Assembly: GCA_964016885.1 (NCBI GenBank) | Contig: OZ024743.1 | Coordinates: 244,776,001 to 244,840,000, forward strand | Source of the DNA: Eledone cirrhosa | Lineage: Eukaryota | Direction: 5' to 3' | DNA length: 64,000 bases | Part shown: positions 61,335-64,000 of the stretch, piece by piece | How the letters are laid out: each line of letters begins with the position of its first letter | How positions within the stretch are numbered: the first letter of the stretch is position 1 | The notes under the pieces: model-generated | Told to the model about the DNA's origin: nothing | The model's database searches: none | What the model saw: the letters and a program-made list of their open reading frames with translations, nothing else | Program-made: the position numbers and the translations under genes

Positions 61335-64000
61335 TATGTTTCTTTTATTTGCCACAAGGGCATCAAAAGTGGGACAAGTACAATGGGGGAGTTTACAAAA
61401 CAAGGCGTCCTCAATAGGGAGGAGGCAATAACAATATATAAAAATAAAATAAAATATAACAAAAAATAGAATTATAACAAAATCCTCAATAGAGAGGAGG
61501 CGCCTTGGGGGGTCGCACACACCCCCGAAAAAAGTGTGCAACCCTTTTCCTCAGGAGCACAGAGAGGGGGTGCTCCCTCGTTCCTTCCTCTTTTCCACCT
61601 ACAGGCTTATGTAAAGAGAAGGCCCATTCACACGGGCCATTCTCGCCACTTTCACCCACCTTTCATAAAAACGACTGGGGTGCAGCACCTCTCTCTCCAT
61701 CCTGATCCTTCTTCCGAAATGATATCGGAAGAAACGGACCAGTTGTTGGCCAGAGAGAAAGGTGCCTGATCTCAGTCCTTTCAGACGCGTCCACCATACA
61801 ACCTCTTTCGCCATGGCTATTACGCACAGAAACACCGCCTCTGCTTCATCTTTGAAGGGGGGAGGCGGCTTGATCATTACAATAGACTCGGTGGTCAACC
61901 GGATCGGTCCCACCCTTGACAGCAGTTGTTCGACATAGCCCCACAGATCGGCTACGCCCGAGCAGTGTACCAATGCGTGTGCAACGGTTTCCTCGTCGCA
62001 CACGCATCTGGGACAGATCTTTTTGGCGGGGTCCCTACCCGGGCGCCCGTGTCTGTAGAGCCTTTCTCGAACGGGTAAAGCTCCTCGGTAGCACTGCTAG
62101 GCCAGGGACTTCTGGAAGTTGTCCATAGGTCCCAGGCTGAATGTCCTACCGAACAGGCTGGCCAGTTCGTCCTCCTCCATGTCTAGGGCTTCTCCGAGGG
62201 CGTCGTCGCACCTGCTGCGTACCAGCCCTCTATAGAATGTTGCGGTGGAGTCTCCACTGATAACCGGATCCGCCTGCCAGAGGGCGGTGAGCGCCTGGGC
62301 ACACTCAGTGTGCCAGGCGCCCAGTTTTCTCGGTCTTTGCTTGACCCAGGATTGCAGCTCGGTGAGTGAGACGAGTCTGGGAAAGGTTCGTCTCACAAAC
62401 GAGGCCCACACCGGTTGTCCGGTGAGGAATACGTAGAGGTGCCGTAGCCTTAATGCGTGTTTACGCATCATTAGCCACGGCATCCCCAGCCCTCCTTTCG
62501 AAGGGTGTTGACAGCAGATGGATCTCCTCACCATAGGAGCCCGCCTCTTCCAAAGGAATTGGAAGAGCGCTCGCTCCATCTTGGTGAGGGTTTCCCTTGG
62601 GCAGGGCACTACGGTCAGGCGGTAGTAGATGACGGACGCTATGTAGGTGTTCGCCACCTCCGCCCGACCTTTCAGGGATAGTTTGCAACTGGCCCACTTC
62701 TGGGTCAGTGCAAACACCCTGTTCGTAACCTCCGCCCAGTTTTTCTCCACCTGGAGGTCCGGTCCGAACCAGACCCCGAGCAACTTCACCGGGCCCTCCG
62801 TCCAGCGTCCGACGACGCCATCGGAGGGCATCGGTCTGCCCCTCCACGTGCCGAGTTGCAAACCGATCGACTTGTCCCGGTTCAGCTTAGCCCCTGTGAA
62901 CTTTTCGTACTCCTCCAGTAAGGTGCCGACCGCCTCGATTTCGGAGGCCGTCGACACCATTACTGTCACGTCATCGGCGTAGGCCGACACCGCTTTCCGC
63001 AATCCCGGTTCCAAAGGGATGCCCTGCAACAACTCCAACTTCCGCAGTAGTGGCTCGAGAGTCAACACATACAGAAGGGAGGAGAGAGGGCACCCTTGTC
63101 GGATGGACCGCGCGATTTTGAACGGCTCCGAGAGGTAGCCGTTCACCTTGACCCTAGAGCAGATGCGGCTGCTGTGCATAGCAGTGATCCAGCCCCTGAA
63201 AACGGGTCCGAAGCCTGCCGCCGCTAGCACCGCATCCAGGTAACCATGGTCGACCCTATCGAACGCCTTAGATTGATCCAAGTTGATCAGAGCCCCACCA
63301 AAGCCGGGTTCGTTCCCAACCCTCTCTATGATGTATCGCATGAGGTGGAGGTTGTCATGGATGGACCTGGATGGGATAGCGCATGTCTGCGCATCTCCCA
63401 CCAGGTTGCCCACGACAAGCGCCAACCTCTTTGCTAGCACCTTGGCCAAAATCTGTAACTCTGTATTTAGCAGAGTTATGGGCCTGAAGTTACTTATTTC
63501 GTCCCCCTTGTTCTCGTCCTTCCTCACTAGCGTGACTACGCCCTTGGTCACAGTACAGGGAATTCTCCCGTTATGTCGCCAGTTGCAGTAGACCGCCTCG
63601 AGGAGATCGGGGAACAAGTCCGGCATAGCTAGATATAATTCGTAAGGAAGACCATCGAGACCCGGGGATTTGCGTTTGCCGCATTGGCTCAGCACGTCCT
63701 CTATCTCAGCGGCCGAAATCGGCTCCTCGCAGGACTTCGCCTCCCTGTCCGAGAGGCGCGGCAGGCCGTCGAGGTATGGACCGAAGTCCACATTCCCAAC
63801 CGGCTCCCCGCCCCTCCCGAACAGTCGGGCAAAGTGCCTTTGAAAGGCCTCACACATCTGCTTAGGCTCAAGAATCGCCCGTCCATCCAGGTCTCGCAAA
63901 GACCGGATGGTGGATTTAGTTCCACTGTTGGCCTCTGTCACGCGGGCCCAGCCAACAGCTTTGGTCCCCTCGTTCCCTAGAGCACGTATTTTACTTCGGA
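61335..64000 (-). mobile_element. L1/Tx1-clade LINE ORF2 (RT and C-terminal Cys-rich domain), continuing beyond the window; premature TAG at 62097-62099
   Basis: KSPGLDGLPYE, NFRPITLLN, LDQSKAFDRVDH, IRQGCPLS, AYADDVT, KGGLGMP. KSLA* falls where the paralogs have W. Confidence 0.93.

Overview
This is not prokaryotic DNA. It is an AT-rich, microsatellite-saturated animal genomic window; the repeat content suggests a mollusc, probably an octopus-type cephalopod (inference). I can support only one host gene: a large first coding exon of an aquaporin (8227-8874, +) ending at a GTAAGT donor. I found no downstream exon with the second NPA, so the remaining ~55 kb is probably intron. The rest is mobile elements and repeats: Penelope-like (PLE) fragments, three Helitrons (one with a Pif1 helicase pseudogene), L1/Tx1-like LINEs, a near full-length R4/Dong-type RLE element in (TATG)n, RTE remnants, >10 copies of one tRNA-derived SINE, and hAT, piggyBac and Tc1-type MITEs with target-site duplications. 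The most interesting patterns are: (1) many fold-back inverted duplications (arms 14 bp to 1.3 kb) next to microsatellites; (2) minimal hammerhead-ribozyme cores and a family of short GAGTACTC-motif tails tied to some of these fold-backs; (3) an aquaporin with a non-canonical ar/R filter; (4) an R4/Dong element apparently targeting (CATA)n. All coordinates were read by eye; no database searches were run.
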